From: a virus
Lineage: Duplodnaviria; Heunggongvirae; Uroviricota; Caudoviricetes
Reading direction: 5' to 3' (one strand)
IMG/VR virus record: IMGVR_UViG_2695420475_000001
Length of the DNA: 64,000 nucleotides
Positions 30,481-40,053 of the stretch are shown here, piece after piece (positions within the stretch are counted from its first letter, which is position 1; every line of letters starts with the position of its first letter). The position numbers were made by a program, and so were the translations under genes. The notes beneath the pieces are model-generated. The model ran no database searches and was not told the origin of the DNA. It worked only from the letters and a program-made list of their open reading frames with translations.

Positions 30481-30620
30481 AACGTATTGGTTAGGTGTCC
30501 TAGACCTACATACAGCCCGCTGTACATCGGTCAAAGACATCTAACCCATACGGGCCGCAATGCGCGTATGTGGTTCTCCCCGTGCGCGTTTGGTGGTCCT
30601 AACGGGCTGACCAGCATCGA

Positions 30621-30851
30621 TTGGGTGGCTGGTCAACTCTCACACGGAGAAGGGATACAGCAATGAGCAACGTACTACTCGCGTCAGCGCCGAGTATCGA
30701 GCAGATCCAAGACTGTGCGCGTCGGTACTTATGCGACCGGCAAGCCACAGTGACCGATGAACTCCAGCTACTACGCGGCGACGGCACCCCGGTGAGCAGT
30801 ATTGCGATCGTTCCTAAGGGCAAGCGGTATCGAATGGAATCTGTTCGATGA
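30621..30851 (+). CDS. Hypothetical protein (start 30663 after the conserved start-associated sequence)
   Basis: ATG preceded by CACACGGAGAAGGGATACAGCA. Confidence 0.45.
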   Translation: MGGWSTLTRRRDTAMSNVLLASAPSIEQIQDCARRYLCDRQATVTDELQLLRGDGTPVSSIAIVPKGKRYRMESVR

Positions 30852-31051
30852 ACCCGCAACTGTTCATAGCAGCATTCGCACTCGCCTATCCCCTAGCTCT
30901 TATGGGCTCACTAGGGGTAGAGAAATTCATGCACGCAATAGACGTGTATTGGCATATCAGTGACCGGATGGAATAGGCAGGATGGACAGCGGTCTTTTTC
31001 GCGGCCCGTTGTCCGTCTGGTGTATTTCACCAACACACGGAAGGGAACAAG

Positions 31052-31417
31052 ATGACGCTAGCCGCTTACCGCGCGACACGCGAGGAATACACGTTGGCAG
31101 ACCGACAAGCACTCGGCCAAACCATCGCAACTGACACGCCTTCTGGACCAATACAGCTTGTCCACGGGCGATATCTAGCAAGTGAAGCGTTAGCCGAGTA
31201 TGACGCGCTTAACAATGAATCTGATGAGGTTTGGCGAACTGTATCACCATTCCGAAGTGATTATGACGAGATTCAAGATTGTCTAAGGGAAGACTATGTC
31301 GAGATCTGCGAAAACCTTGCCTACTCAATTCACAAATGGCTAGGTGATTGTGAGCAGGAAGCTAAGAACCGCGACCGTGCAATATGCCGCGCAGCTGAAC
31401 TAGCGATGTACGACTAA
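31052..31417 (+). CDS. Hypothetical protein
   Basis: ATG preceded by ACACGGAAGGGAACAAG and an upstream conserved hairpin element. Confidence 0.5.
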   Translation: MTLAAYRATREEYTLADRQALGQTIATDTPSGPIQLVHGRYLASEALAEYDALNNESDEVWRTVSPFRSDYDEIQDCLREDYVEICENLAYSIHKWLGDCEQEAKNRDRAICRAAELAMYD

Positions 31418-31589
31418 TCCCCTACTACATACCAAGGAAGTTAGTTATGAGCCTACGAATCATAGTGCCAGAAGAGGACGAGCATCTGCTTAAAAATAAA
31501 GACTTTCTGGATGGCCTGAAGGAACTACTGCTATCCATAGGGGTCACTCACGCGTCGCTATTTGACTACACATACCAAGGATAGAAACA

Positions 31590-31787
31590 ATGGCATTCAA
31601 GATAGGTGACAGCGCGATTCTAAAAGAGACTGGGGAACGCGTTGTCATAGAGGACAGATACCAGTTTGGCGATGAAACTCACTACCAATTCGGGCATGCT
31701 GACGGTAACTACGGCTCGGCCAATGAAGGCGATTTAGAACATACCAGCCGCGTCAGGCGTGCTTGGGAAAAAGTTAGCAAGCACTAA
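31590..31787 (+). CDS. Hypothetical protein
   Basis: ORF with an upstream AAGGA ribosome-binding site. Confidence 0.4.
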   Translation: MAFKIGDSAILKETGERVVIEDRYQFGDETHYQFGHADGNYGSANEGDLEHTSRVRRAWEKVSKH

Positions 31788-31856
31788 CCCATACCAACTA
31801 ATAGAGAGGCACGTGAACTCATTGCGTGACTCACGGAAGTAATTCCGTGGGTTGCG

Positions 31857-32435
31857 TTGTGTGCTCACGACACACAATCAAACACATGGGAAGGGATACA
31901 AATGGAATTCACAGAGGTTTCCAACGACGATGGTGTGATCACTATCGAAGTATCAGGACGTGGATTTAGCGGTACTGCGAGGGTGAGTATCGGCACCGGA
32001 ACATGGCCGCTATATCACATTGAGGATTGCGTGGCACCGTACGTCGATATCAAGTTCGCCGCTGGTGTGACTATCAACGGCAAAGGATACGACGCATGGC
32101 GCTGTAACTCATCATTCCATCCATACGCGCACGGGCAGAACCTGCGGGAAGTACTCACCGACAAGGGCGTACAGGTACTGCCATACATGGCTAGCGCTGG
32201 CGGATATCACCGAGAGCTGACTGACAGTGCACGAACCAAGCTGCGTGAGCTTGCAACGGTGGTGGCCGATAAGTACCTGACGACCGAAGCGTCCAAGGCG
32301 GCAATCGTTCGATCCGCCCAACACAAGGTAGTCGACGCCATCACTGCGAAAGAAAGGGCTGAGGCTGAGGTAGTTGCGCGCGTTGACGAACTAGACAGCG
32401 CGCGTGCATATCTCGCACAAATGGAACAACTCTAA
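31857..32435 (+). CDS. Hypothetical protein (probable start 31902)
   Basis: ATG preceded by ACACATGGGAAGGGATACAA. Confidence 0.5.
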   Translation: MCAHDTQSNTWEGIQMEFTEVSNDDGVITIEVSGRGFSGTARVSIGTGTWPLYHIEDCVAPYVDIKFAAGVTINGKGYDAWRCNSSFHPYAHGQNLREVLTDKGVQVLPYMASAGGYHRELTDSARTKLRELATVVADKYLTTEASKAAIVRSAQHKVVDAITAKERAEAEVVARVDELDSARAYLAQMEQL

Positions 32436-32471
32436 GCGTATTGCTCGCTTCAGTCGGGCGCGGTTCTAACC

Positions 32472-33569
32472 GTGTCCGGTTGTGGCAATCAATCACGGGA
32501 TTGCCTACACACGGAAGGGATACAAACTATGTCTGCTGAAATCGACAACGCAAACGGTGTCTACATGTACACCGACTCCCGTAATGATGCCTGGCATCAG
32601 CTGGGACAGCAGGTCGGTCGCACTATGACAGCTGAGGAGGTTCTCAGTGCGTCGCACCTAGCTGGTTGGGACGTACGGAAGATGCCTATCAACATCCCGC
32701 AAAACCCAATCATCAATATGGATGGGGTTACTACTCCACCTGCGATCGTCGTGCCCGACAGGTATGCAACAGTACGAACCAACCCGATTACCAAGGAGAT
32801 TGACTACCTCGGGATTGTTGGCGATCGGTATGAGCCGGTGCAGAACGAGGCATCATGCGATCTGTTGAACGCCATTGTGGACGAGTCGGGTGCTCACTTC
32901 GAGACAGCCGGTGCGCTCTACAACGGTCGCCAAACGTTCGTAACCATGAAGCTACCCAAGGTGATGGATATCGCTGGTGCGAACGGTGTCACCGACCGTA
33001 CCGAGTGGTATCTAGCATCGCTCAACAGTCACGACGGCTCAAGTTCGGTGCGGGTGATCTTGACGGGTGTACGCATCGTGTGCGCCAATACCCAGCAGTG
33101 GGCGTTGAAGAGTGCACGATCATCATTCTCTGTGCGCCACACCAAGAATGCTAAGGCGAACATTGCCGAAGCGCGGCGGCTGTTAGGTATCACCTGGCAG
33201 TCCATCGACAGTGTGGACGCCGAGTTCCGGCGCATGGCTGAGGCTGAGATGTCTGTCATCGAAGCTGAGGAGTTTGTTCGTAAGCTGCTCAAGGCTGACG
33301 ATGTTGAGCCAGGTACGGCTGCGGCCACTCGTCGTGACAATGTCGCCAACAGCGTTCTCGATCTGTTCACCTCGTCGGAAACCATTACGCCGGTTCGGGG
33401 TACGCGCTACGCGTTGTACAACGCATTCACTGAGTATCAGGACCACTACGCAGCTGTTCGTGGAGCTGGTGGCCGGGATGCGGATGCGCGCGCACTGCGC
33501 ACCATTCGCGACGCCGAGAGTGAAACCTCACTCAAGGCGCGTGCGTTCCGTGGCCTACGGCTGGTCTAA
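32472..33569 (+). CDS. Phage/plasmid-related protein (DUF932-like, speculative); probable start 32529
   Basis: ATG preceded by ACACACGGAAGGGATACAAACT. Protein of about 345 aa with LASLNSHDGSSSVRVILTGVRIVCANTQ segment. Confidence 0.5.
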   Translation: MSGCGNQSRDCLHTEGIQTMSAEIDNANGVYMYTDSRNDAWHQLGQQVGRTMTAEEVLSASHLAGWDVRKMPINIPQNPIINMDGVTTPPAIVVPDRYATVRTNPITKEIDYLGIVGDRYEPVQNEASCDLLNAIVDESGAHFETAGALYNGRQTFVTMKLPKVMDIAGANGVTDRTEWYLASLNSHDGSSSVRVILTGVRIVCANTQQWALKSARSSFSVRHTKNAKANIAEARRLLGITWQSIDSVDAEFRRMAEAEMSVIEAEEFVRKLLKADDVEPGTAAATRRDNVANSVLDLFTSSETITPVRGTRYALYNAFTEYQDHYAAVRGAGGRDADARALRTIRDAESETSLKARAFRGLRLV

Positions 33570-33734
33570 CGGAAATGCATATAGATACGGGATGGGTGGT
33601 CGCGTGGTTTATCTGCGTGGCCATCTATCTAATCCAGTACAGGAGAGCTAAATAGGGAGGGTGGGACGCGAAGGGGTGCAAGCCTTTTCGCGGTCCGCCT
33701 GCTGTATTTAGCAGCACACACGGAAGGGATACCA

Positions 33735-33977
33735 ATGACAACTATCGCGGCACGCCCGTTGAACGTGATCGCAGACGAGATTAAAAGGGATTGGATTAAA
33801 CCGTTTTACGGCGCTGTCCCCTACTTGGATGCCATGGCGGCGCTCGGTGATATCGATGAGCGTTACGGGTGTGACTCTGCCGAGTTCATCGTTCTAGGCT
33901 TCCTGGCCAACTCTGGCAGCTGGCGCGGTCAGGTGGCTCGCCGGATCAAGAAGGAACTGACAGACATCCTGGGCTGA
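33735..33977 (+). CDS. Hypothetical protein
   Basis: ATG preceded by the hairpin plus CACACGGAAGGGATACCA motif. Confidence 0.5.
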   Translation: MTTIAARPLNVIADEIKRDWIKPFYGAVPYLDAMAALGDIDERYGCDSAEFIVLGFLANSGSWRGQVARRIKKELTDILG

Positions 33978-34034
33978 ACAGGGAGCTGTCGTACGTCTGC
34001 TGTATTCAGGCAGCAATACACGGAAGGGGTACGA

Positions 34035-34241
34035 ATGCATACATCCAGCATTCTGGGGACCAAGGGTGAGGGCGTCATGTGGCAGGGTCCTGGCCGACTG
34101 AAGTATGACGAGGCCTATAAGGAAGCCTCTGACCACGCTCTTTACTGGTTTGGCCGGAAGAGCGGTGAGGTGTCTGTGGACGAAACTAAGATCATCCACA
34201 ACGGGGTTCACGTTGCAAACATCCTGGTAGAGAGGGTCTGA
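34035..34241 (+). CDS. Hypothetical protein
   Basis: ATG preceded by the hairpin plus ATACACGGAAGGGGTACGA motif. Confidence 0.5.
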   Translation: MHTSSILGTKGEGVMWQGPGRLKYDEAYKEASDHALYWFGRKSGEVSVDETKIIHNGVHVANILVERV

Positions 34242-34376
34242 GGTGGTGGAAAAGGGCGCCAAAGCGCACCTAGTCAATCTGGCTGACGAGTACAGGCCCA
34301 CCATGGATGGTGAGGTGCTTCATTCATGGGCCAAGGAGGTCGTCACGGCGATTAGAGAGAGTGATAAGGGGGCGCA

Positions 34377-34592
34377 ATGATTCTCGCGGCCCTCCTCATC
34401 ACTGCTGGAATCATCATTCCTCCAAGCACTCCCGACTGTGCACGATTCGATGTGTGTAAGTACCAGCCGGGATATAACGGTCCCCTCATGCCCACCTGGA
34501 ACACACCAGGAACGTATGGGGGCTGGACAACCAATCAAGTCTTGTGCGACCCGGTCACGTACCAGTGTCGGCAAGTAGTACCAGGGAGTTGA
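34377..34592 (+). CDS. Small membrane/secreted Cys-containing protein
   Basis: Hydrophobic N-terminus MILAALLITAGIIIP. Confidence 0.4.
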   Translation: MILAALLITAGIIIPPSTPDCARFDVCKYQPGYNGPLMPTWNTPGTYGGWTTNQVLCDPVTYQCRQVVPGS

Positions 34593-34680
34593 CCATGACT
34601 CGGTATTGCATCACGTGCGAGCGTGAACGGGAAATGACTGTCGAGAACGGCGAACAGTACTGCTCGGTAGGGCACCGGCA

Positions 34681-34866
34681 ATGACTGACATCAATGCAGT
34701 AATAGAACGGCTAGAGAAGGCCGATAAAGAGTTACAGGGGCTAGTTGCAATACAGGAGGACCGGGTTCGTCACGGTCGGGGTGGTGCGCTAGAGGAACGA
34801 ACTCGACTCGCCGGAAAAATCGAAGGCGTACGTCTAGCCCTCTCATACCTAAGAGAAGAACAATGA
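34681..34866 (+). CDS. Hypothetical small protein
   Basis: ORF. Confidence 0.35.
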   Translation: MTDINAVIERLEKADKELQGLVAIQEDRVRHGRGGALEERTRLAGKIEGVRLALSYLREEQ

Positions 34867-35142
34867 GCACCGAAACCTACGACTTTGATGTCATCTGGGA
34901 CAGCCTGGAGAAATGCTCTTACTGTGGCTATCCGACGCCGTGCACTTGCGAGACATCACTATGACCGGGCGTGAGCGTATAGAACAAGCAGCCAAAGAAA
35001 ACGGGTGGAACAGCACCGCAGAGAGCGTAAAAACGTCTCTGTACTGGACAGAATACGCACGCCTATGGATTCGGTACACACCTACCGGTTCAATCCAATG
35101 GGTTGAAGGCACAGAGAATACGCCGTTCAGGAATCGTCTTAA

Positions 35143-35367
35143 GTGCGGGGTTGGTCAGGTTATCTCCTACCTACAGCAATACAAGGACACGCTATGAAAA
35201 TCAGCGACCAAATAGACGCGCTGACGTTCCCGGACGCGATAGAACTCAGATACAACGCTCCGGGTTGTTCCGCCTGGATTGCACTCACGTCAGATCAGGC
35301 GCAAGCCTTACTTGAATGGCTGCCCGGAGCTATCGCCACGACACAGCAACACAAGGAGAATCATTGA
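35143..35367 (+). CDS. Hypothetical protein (probable start 35194)
   Basis: ORF. Confidence 0.35.
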   Translation: MRGWSGYLLPTAIQGHAMKISDQIDALTFPDAIELRYNAPGCSAWIALTSDQAQALLEWLPGAIATTQQHKENH

Positions 35368-35579
35368 CACAGCAATACCGCATCACGCTAAAGATGGAAG
35401 ACGGACTCACGAATGAAGCTGAGGGGGAAGACCTTCCGCAGCTCGTCACCACCACCAACGCACTCGCGGCAGAACATGGCGGCGAAGACGTTCACGACTA
35501 CTTAGACGAGAACGGATCAATCATCTATACACGCAAGGGTAAGACAATCGGACGGGCTGACGTAACGCCGGTCATCTAA
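35316..35579 (+). CDS. Hypothetical acidic protein
   Basis: ORF. Confidence 0.35.
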   Translation: MAARSYRHDTATQGESLTQQYRITLKMEDGLTNEAEGEDLPQLVTTTNALAAEHGGEDVHDYLDENGSIIYTRKGKTIGRADVTPVI

Positions 35580-35651
35580 CACATCTGAATACGGAGGAGC
35601 CGCAGCGGGAGTCATTCTCGTTGCGGCTCTGCTGTTTTCAGCACACAGGGC

Positions 35652-36170
35652 ATGGGACTCACGAACCCATGCCCTTTTTCTATGCCCAGAGGAAGGGAAC
35701 GCATGTTATTGGAAGGTTGGACGTCAACACCGGTTGAATACGAACGCCTCACTCGCGCTGAGGTAGTCGAGCACGAGCGCTACTGGGCCGAGATGGTTCT
35801 CAAGGCGCGAAGCCTACGGCGCAAGTATGACCGCGCGGTATGGCTGAAGGACATAAAACGGGCTGAGAGCCTCGCAGAGGCCCTGAGATCCCTTGGCCCA
35901 TCCATGTTGTACGCCCACGGACGTTGGGAGCGTCACGGGCGCTGGAACCGGTACTACCAAGTACGTGGTGGCGCTGTACACACCACGCTGACATGCCGGT
36001 GCATCAACGGGGAGACGGTACTAAACCCGCTCCCCCAATTCGCTGGTAGGTCAAGGAAGTTCATCGCAGATCGGTACAAGCTGTGCCGACACTGCGGAGA
36101 TACCCACACGGGCGACATTCCTGCTGATCGAGCTTATCGGTCGTTCAAAGCCTACCTGCTCATTACCTAA
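35652..36170 (+). CDS. Hypothetical Cys/His-rich protein (probable start 35703)
   Basis: ATG preceded by GAGGAAGGGAACGC and an upstream hairpin element. Confidence 0.45.
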   Translation: MGLTNPCPFSMPRGRERMLLEGWTSTPVEYERLTRAEVVEHERYWAEMVLKARSLRRKYDRAVWLKDIKRAESLAEALRSLGPSMLYAHGRWERHGRWNRYYQVRGGAVHTTLTCRCINGETVLNPLPQFAGRSRKFIADRYKLCRHCGDTHTGDIPADRAYRSFKAYLLIT

Positions 36171-36316
36171 AACGCGGCCTGACCTGCATTAAGTGGGTCG
36201 GGTTTACGTTCTGAATACACGAAGGAAGGGATACCCAAAATGTTCGAAGAGGAAGAGATCGATTACGGCCCCGAGTGGTGGGGTGACTACCTCCAGGAGT
36301 CAGGGAGGTTGGCCCA

Positions 36317-36511
36317 GTGAAGTGCTCAATCAGCTACTGCTGGGAGGACTCCGTGTCCAAAGAGATGTGCGCACACCGCTACCAGCAGAACTACAAGCGG
36401 GACACGCGAGGCGATCGACGCAACCGGTCACGGCTCGCTAAGCGCTTGGAGGCTAAGGGTTTCAAGGTCTCTCAGGAGTACCTGGAGCAGCGATTGGCTG
36501 GCCTACGGTGA
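36317..36511 (+). CDS. Small Cys-rich protein
   Basis: ORF. Confidence 0.35.
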   Translation: MKCSISYCWEDSVSKEMCAHRYQQNYKRDTRGDRRNRSRLAKRLEAKGFKVSQEYLEQRLAGLR

Positions 36512-36783
36512 GCGCGCCAGTCACTCGGGATATGCGCTACTGGTACGAGCTTGGTAGACACACGCTCCTTCCCGGGACAGAGGTGTCCATTAGGGGCAAG
36601 ACTGGCCGGTTTCGGTTCCAGTACTGGCGACACACCAGCTCTGGCATGGATGAACTCACGTTCGTCGGTGGGCCGCTACATGGACAGGGAGAGCGTTACG
36701 TCTCGGTCTACCCCGATCGTGTTACACGGGTACATCGAATCAACAAGACACTGACCAACATTCAGAAGGAGAAGCGCAAGTGA
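36508..36783 (+). CDS. Hypothetical protein
   Basis: ORF. Confidence 0.4.
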   Translation: MSAPVTRDMRYWYELGRHTLLPGTEVSIRGKTGRFRFQYWRHTSSGMDELTFVGGPLHGQGERYVSVYPDRVTRVHRINKTLTNIQKEKRK

Positions 36784-36943
36784 GCGCCACAGTACTGGAG
36801 GCGCGGTGGCTCACGAAAGGCCACTACCTACCCGTGTATGCGGAATCGGTGGCTGAGGTGGTTCAGCTGGAGGACTTTGTCGTCGTGACGTTCGCCAGCG
36901 ACCTACCAGTGAAGGTCTTCCACGAAACCGACAAGGTCGAGGT

Positions 36944-37144
36944 GTGGGAATGAGGTACTGCCCCACTCCCGACAAGAAGTCATATGTCAACAAAGGTGTA
37001 GCACTTCGAGCGGTTACCAGGATCCGCAAGAACAGTAGGACGAGGCACAACAAGAAGCGCTACATACCGGTGGAGCCGTACGTCTGTTCGTGCGGCGAAT
37101 ACCACCTTTGCACCGCAGACAAAGCGAAGTTCAAACGCAAGTAG
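36944..37144 (+). CDS. Small zinc-ribbon-like basic protein
   Basis: C..C....C..C pattern with K/R-rich sequence; last gene before the terminator. Confidence 0.4.
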   Translation: MGMRYCPTPDKKSYVNKGVALRAVTRIRKNSRTRHNKKRYIPVEPYVCSCGEYHLCTADKAKFKRK

Positions 37145-37150
37145 AGAAGA

Positions 37151-37184
37151 GGGTCAGCCCACATGGGTTGGCCCTTTTCTTTTA
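37151..37184 (+). terminator. Rho-independent terminator candidate ending the rightward operon
   Basis: GC-rich imperfect hairpin GGGTCAGCCC-ACAT-GGGTTGGCCC followed by TTTTCTTTT. Confidence 0.5.
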
Positions 37185-37250
37185 CCCAGATCGTTAGCAG
37201 CCCTAACCAAAACTACCCACCCAATCATTCAGTCTCCTGCGGTATCATCT

Positions 37251-38651
37251 GTGACTATGCGAGCTGCCGTCTACCTGCGCCAATCAATGGATAGAGAAGG
37301 TGACGGACTAGCCGTCGAACGTCAGCGCGAAGACTGCCTGAGGATCTGCCGTGAGCGCGGCTGGGAACCCACCCAGTACGTCGACAACGACACTAGCGCC
37401 AGCAAGGGCCGTCGACCGTCGTATGAGCGCATGCTCGCTGATATACGCAGTGGTCGCATTGATGCCGTAGTGGTGTGGGATCTTGACCGCCTGCATCGTC
37501 AGCCCAAGGAGCTCGAGCAGTTCATTGAGCTGGCCGACGAGAAGCGGCTAGCACTGGCCACCGTAGGCGGGGACGCTGACCTCTCCACCGATAACGGTCG
37601 GCTGTTCGCGCGCATCAAAGGCGCGGTGGCTAGGGCTGAGGTAGAGCGGAAGTCGGCAAGGCAGAAGCGCGCATTTCTCCAGATGGCCCAATCTGGTAAA
37701 GGCTGGGGCCCGCGCGCATTCGGATACAACGGTGACCATGACAAGCCGAAGATCATCCTCAAGGAGGCTGAGGCCCTGAGGCGTGGCTACAAGATGCTCC
37801 TGTCGGGCGAAACCCTCTATTCAGTTGCAAAACACTGGAATGACGCTGGCCTAAAGACTCCACGGGGGAACCTGTTCAACGGCACCACGGTACGCCGGAT
37901 ACTTCAGAACCCACGCTACGCAGCCGTTCGTACATACCACGATGAAGTTGTAGGCGAAGGTAAATGGCCCGCGATCATTGACGAGACCACCTGGCAGGCT
38001 GTGAATGCCCTCCTTAGCGACCCATCACGCCATCAGCCGCGCCAGGTTCGCAAGTACGTCCTCGGCGGCCTACTCACCTGCAGCGAGTGTGGCCACAAGA
38101 TGTCTGTGGGCGTACAGCACCGGAAAGAGGGGAATGTCCCCATCTACCGGTGCAAGCATGTCAGCTGCGGCAAGGTCACCCGACGTGTTGAGCGCATGGA
38201 TGAATGGGTGAGGGAAATTGTCCTGCGCAGGATGTCGAGTCGGCATTGGGTTCCCGGGAATCAGGACAACCGGGAAAGGGCCCTCCAGCTACGGGAAGAG
38301 TTGGACACAATCAAGCAGCGAATGGACTCCCTCGCAATCGATTTCGCTGACGGAGAACTCACCGCAAGCCAGATGCGTATCGCTAATGAGCGCATGCAGG
38401 CGAAGCTGGATGACGTTGAGGACAAGCTGCGTCGAACCAATGTGCGGCCACTCCCCGATGGGATTCTCACCGCGAAGGACCGTGGCAAGTTTTACGACGA
38501 CCAGATGTCTCTGGATGCGAAACGAGCCCTCATCGAGGCCTTATGCAACTCGATCGTCGTGCATCCCCTCAACCTCAAGGGCCGCAGTGCTTCCCAGGCT
38601 CCGCTCGGGCATAACATCGATGTCCACTGGCACAAGCCCAGTAATGGCTGA
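37251..38651 (+). CDS. int: Large serine recombinase (serine integrase)
   Basis: N-terminal resolvase catalytic domain (AAVYLRQSMD...), recombinase domain and zinc ribbon (CSECGHKM...CKHVSCGK) with coiled-coil. Confidence 0.9.
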   Translation: MTMRAAVYLRQSMDREGDGLAVERQREDCLRICRERGWEPTQYVDNDTSASKGRRPSYERMLADIRSGRIDAVVVWDLDRLHRQPKELEQFIELADEKRLALATVGGDADLSTDNGRLFARIKGAVARAEVERKSARQKRAFLQMAQSGKGWGPRAFGYNGDHDKPKIILKEAEALRRGYKMLLSGETLYSVAKHWNDAGLKTPRGNLFNGTTVRRILQNPRYAAVRTYHDEVVGEGKWPAIIDETTWQAVNALLSDPSRHQPRQVRKYVLGGLLTCSECGHKMSVGVQHRKEGNVPIYRCKHVSCGKVTRRVERMDEWVREIVLRRMSSRHWVPGNQDNRERALQLREELDTIKQRMDSLAIDFADGELTASQMRIANERMQAKLDDVEDKLRRTNVRPLPDGILTAKDRGKFYDDQMSLDAKRALIEALCNSIVVHPLNLKGRSASQAPLGHNIDVHWHKPSNG

Positions 38652-38734
38652 GATCCGCGACAGCTGCGACTGAGTGAGTGGCGGTGCGTCGCCCAGGATC
38701 CTGGCGAAGATCGCCTCGTCTTCGTCTGACCAGA

Positions 38735-39454
38735 TCATCGGGGTAATGCCCCATCCACTCGCTTCATGTCCTCCAATTCCTGAATGATCTCCATGATCCG
38801 ATCAAGCGCCACGGGCTTGTACTCCCACGCGTCAAGACCGACGTGAATCTGATTGATACGTGCTGGTTTGTTGCGCAGCGCAGCACCACGCCGCTTGGCC
38901 TCCCGGCCACCGATACTCAGCTTCTCCGGGCTATGCGTGTGGCCATGCAAGATGTAATGCCCATAATCAGGCAGACGCCACTCGGGATAGCGATCCTCAT
39001 CCGTGTGGTCGCCCGTGTACGGGAAGTGAGACAGCATCGCGGTTGTATGGCCATCTCTCAAGGGAATTCGAACTTTCGCGGCCAACTGAACACACTCGAA
39101 TGGTGCAGGCCTGTCGGGTTGATCCTGGCCAAGATAGATGGGCAACCACTTATGCGAGTCGCGGTGCAAAGGATGTGTGCCACAATGATTTCCCGGAATA
39201 CCACGCTTGCGGCCAGGGCGAGCACGCAGCCAATCCAGGGCCCTCAATTGCGCTGTCTTGGTGCCGGACGAAATGTCACCCAACACCCACACTACATCGT
39301 CAGGCGCAACCATGCTGTCCCAGTTACGGGCCAGCTGCGCGTCATGAGAGTCGATCTCCGCGCCTACGTAACGTGGTAGCACCCATCCGCGAGTGCGTTC
39401 CCTGGCCACCTTCTCGTGGCCGATATGTGGGTCAGATGTAAACCAGATATTCAT
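38735..39454 (-). CDS. Calcineurin-like metallophosphoesterase
   Basis: Motifs DPHIGH, GDISSG, GNHCG and GHTH. Confidence 0.75.
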   Translation of the reverse strand: MNIWFTSDPHIGHEKVARERTRGWVLPRYVGAEIDSHDAQLARNWDSMVAPDDVVWVLGDISSGTKTAQLRALDWLRARPGRKRGIPGNHCGTHPLHRDSHKWLPIYLGQDQPDRPAPFECVQLAAKVRIPLRDGHTTAMLSHFPYTGDHTDEDRYPEWRLPDYGHYILHGHTHSPEKLSIGGREAKRRGAALRNKPARINQIHVGLDAWEYKPVALDRIMEIIQELEDMKRVDGALPR

Positions 39455-40053
39455 TCGTTCTCACGGCCCTCACTTGAGGAGGCTGCCAATGCCCTGTAGA
39501 CCGTCGCCCGGCTCACCCCAAACGCCATCGCAATGGAGGTCGCTGATTCTCCGTTGACATGGAGGCGCTTGATCGCCGCAACTTCTGCAGAACCAAGGGC
39601 CCTCGGTCGACCAATATGTAAGCCTCCACCCCTACGTGCTTGACGAGGCCTACCACGGCGTTCGCTGTCGGGCCGACCTACTATGTTGTATTTCGGGTTT
39701 TCCGTCCGAATGGCGTCTAACTCAGCCTCAAGTAGAGCCGAGCGACTCGGGAACTGCTCCATTGTCGTTGATGCCACCTCGCGCCACCAACGCTTCTGGC
39801 GTGCGTGGCTATTCAGGCGCCCTCCTGGATTACAAGTCACACCAACGTAGAGAAGCTCGCCTTGTTCTGACCACATGCGATACAGGACATTCAGCGCTTC
39901 CTCCCCACCAGTTGGTGAGCAGTCTTGCGGAAGCGACTCCTCGATCTTCGCCAACACTTCAGTCAAAGTTGACAGGAGATTCCGAGCTTCATTCATGGAG
40001 CGCCCTATGTCACTAAGCGCGACAGTGGACCTAGAATGGGCTTCATCGCTCAC
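39451..40053 (-). CDS. GIY-YIG nuclease with C-terminal helix-turn-helix
   Basis: GELLYVGVT...R..H...ENPKYN motif; C-terminal resolvase-type HTH (SIAMAFGVSRATVYRAL). Confidence 0.6.
   Translation of the reverse strand: MSDEAHSRSTVALSDIGRSMNEARNLLSTLTEVLAKIEESLPQDCSPTGGEEALNVLYRMWSEQGELLYVGVTCNPGGRLNSHARQKRWWREVASTTMEQFPSRSALLEAELDAIRTENPKYNIVGRPDSERRGRPRQARRGGGLHIGRPRALGSAEVAAIKRLHVNGESATSIAMAFGVSRATVYRALAASSSEGRENE

Noticed and set aside
37186-37250. attP core immediately upstream of the serine integrase
   Set aside because: I could not recognise an attP-like imperfect inverted repeat around a central dinucleotide by eye. The location is left unassigned.
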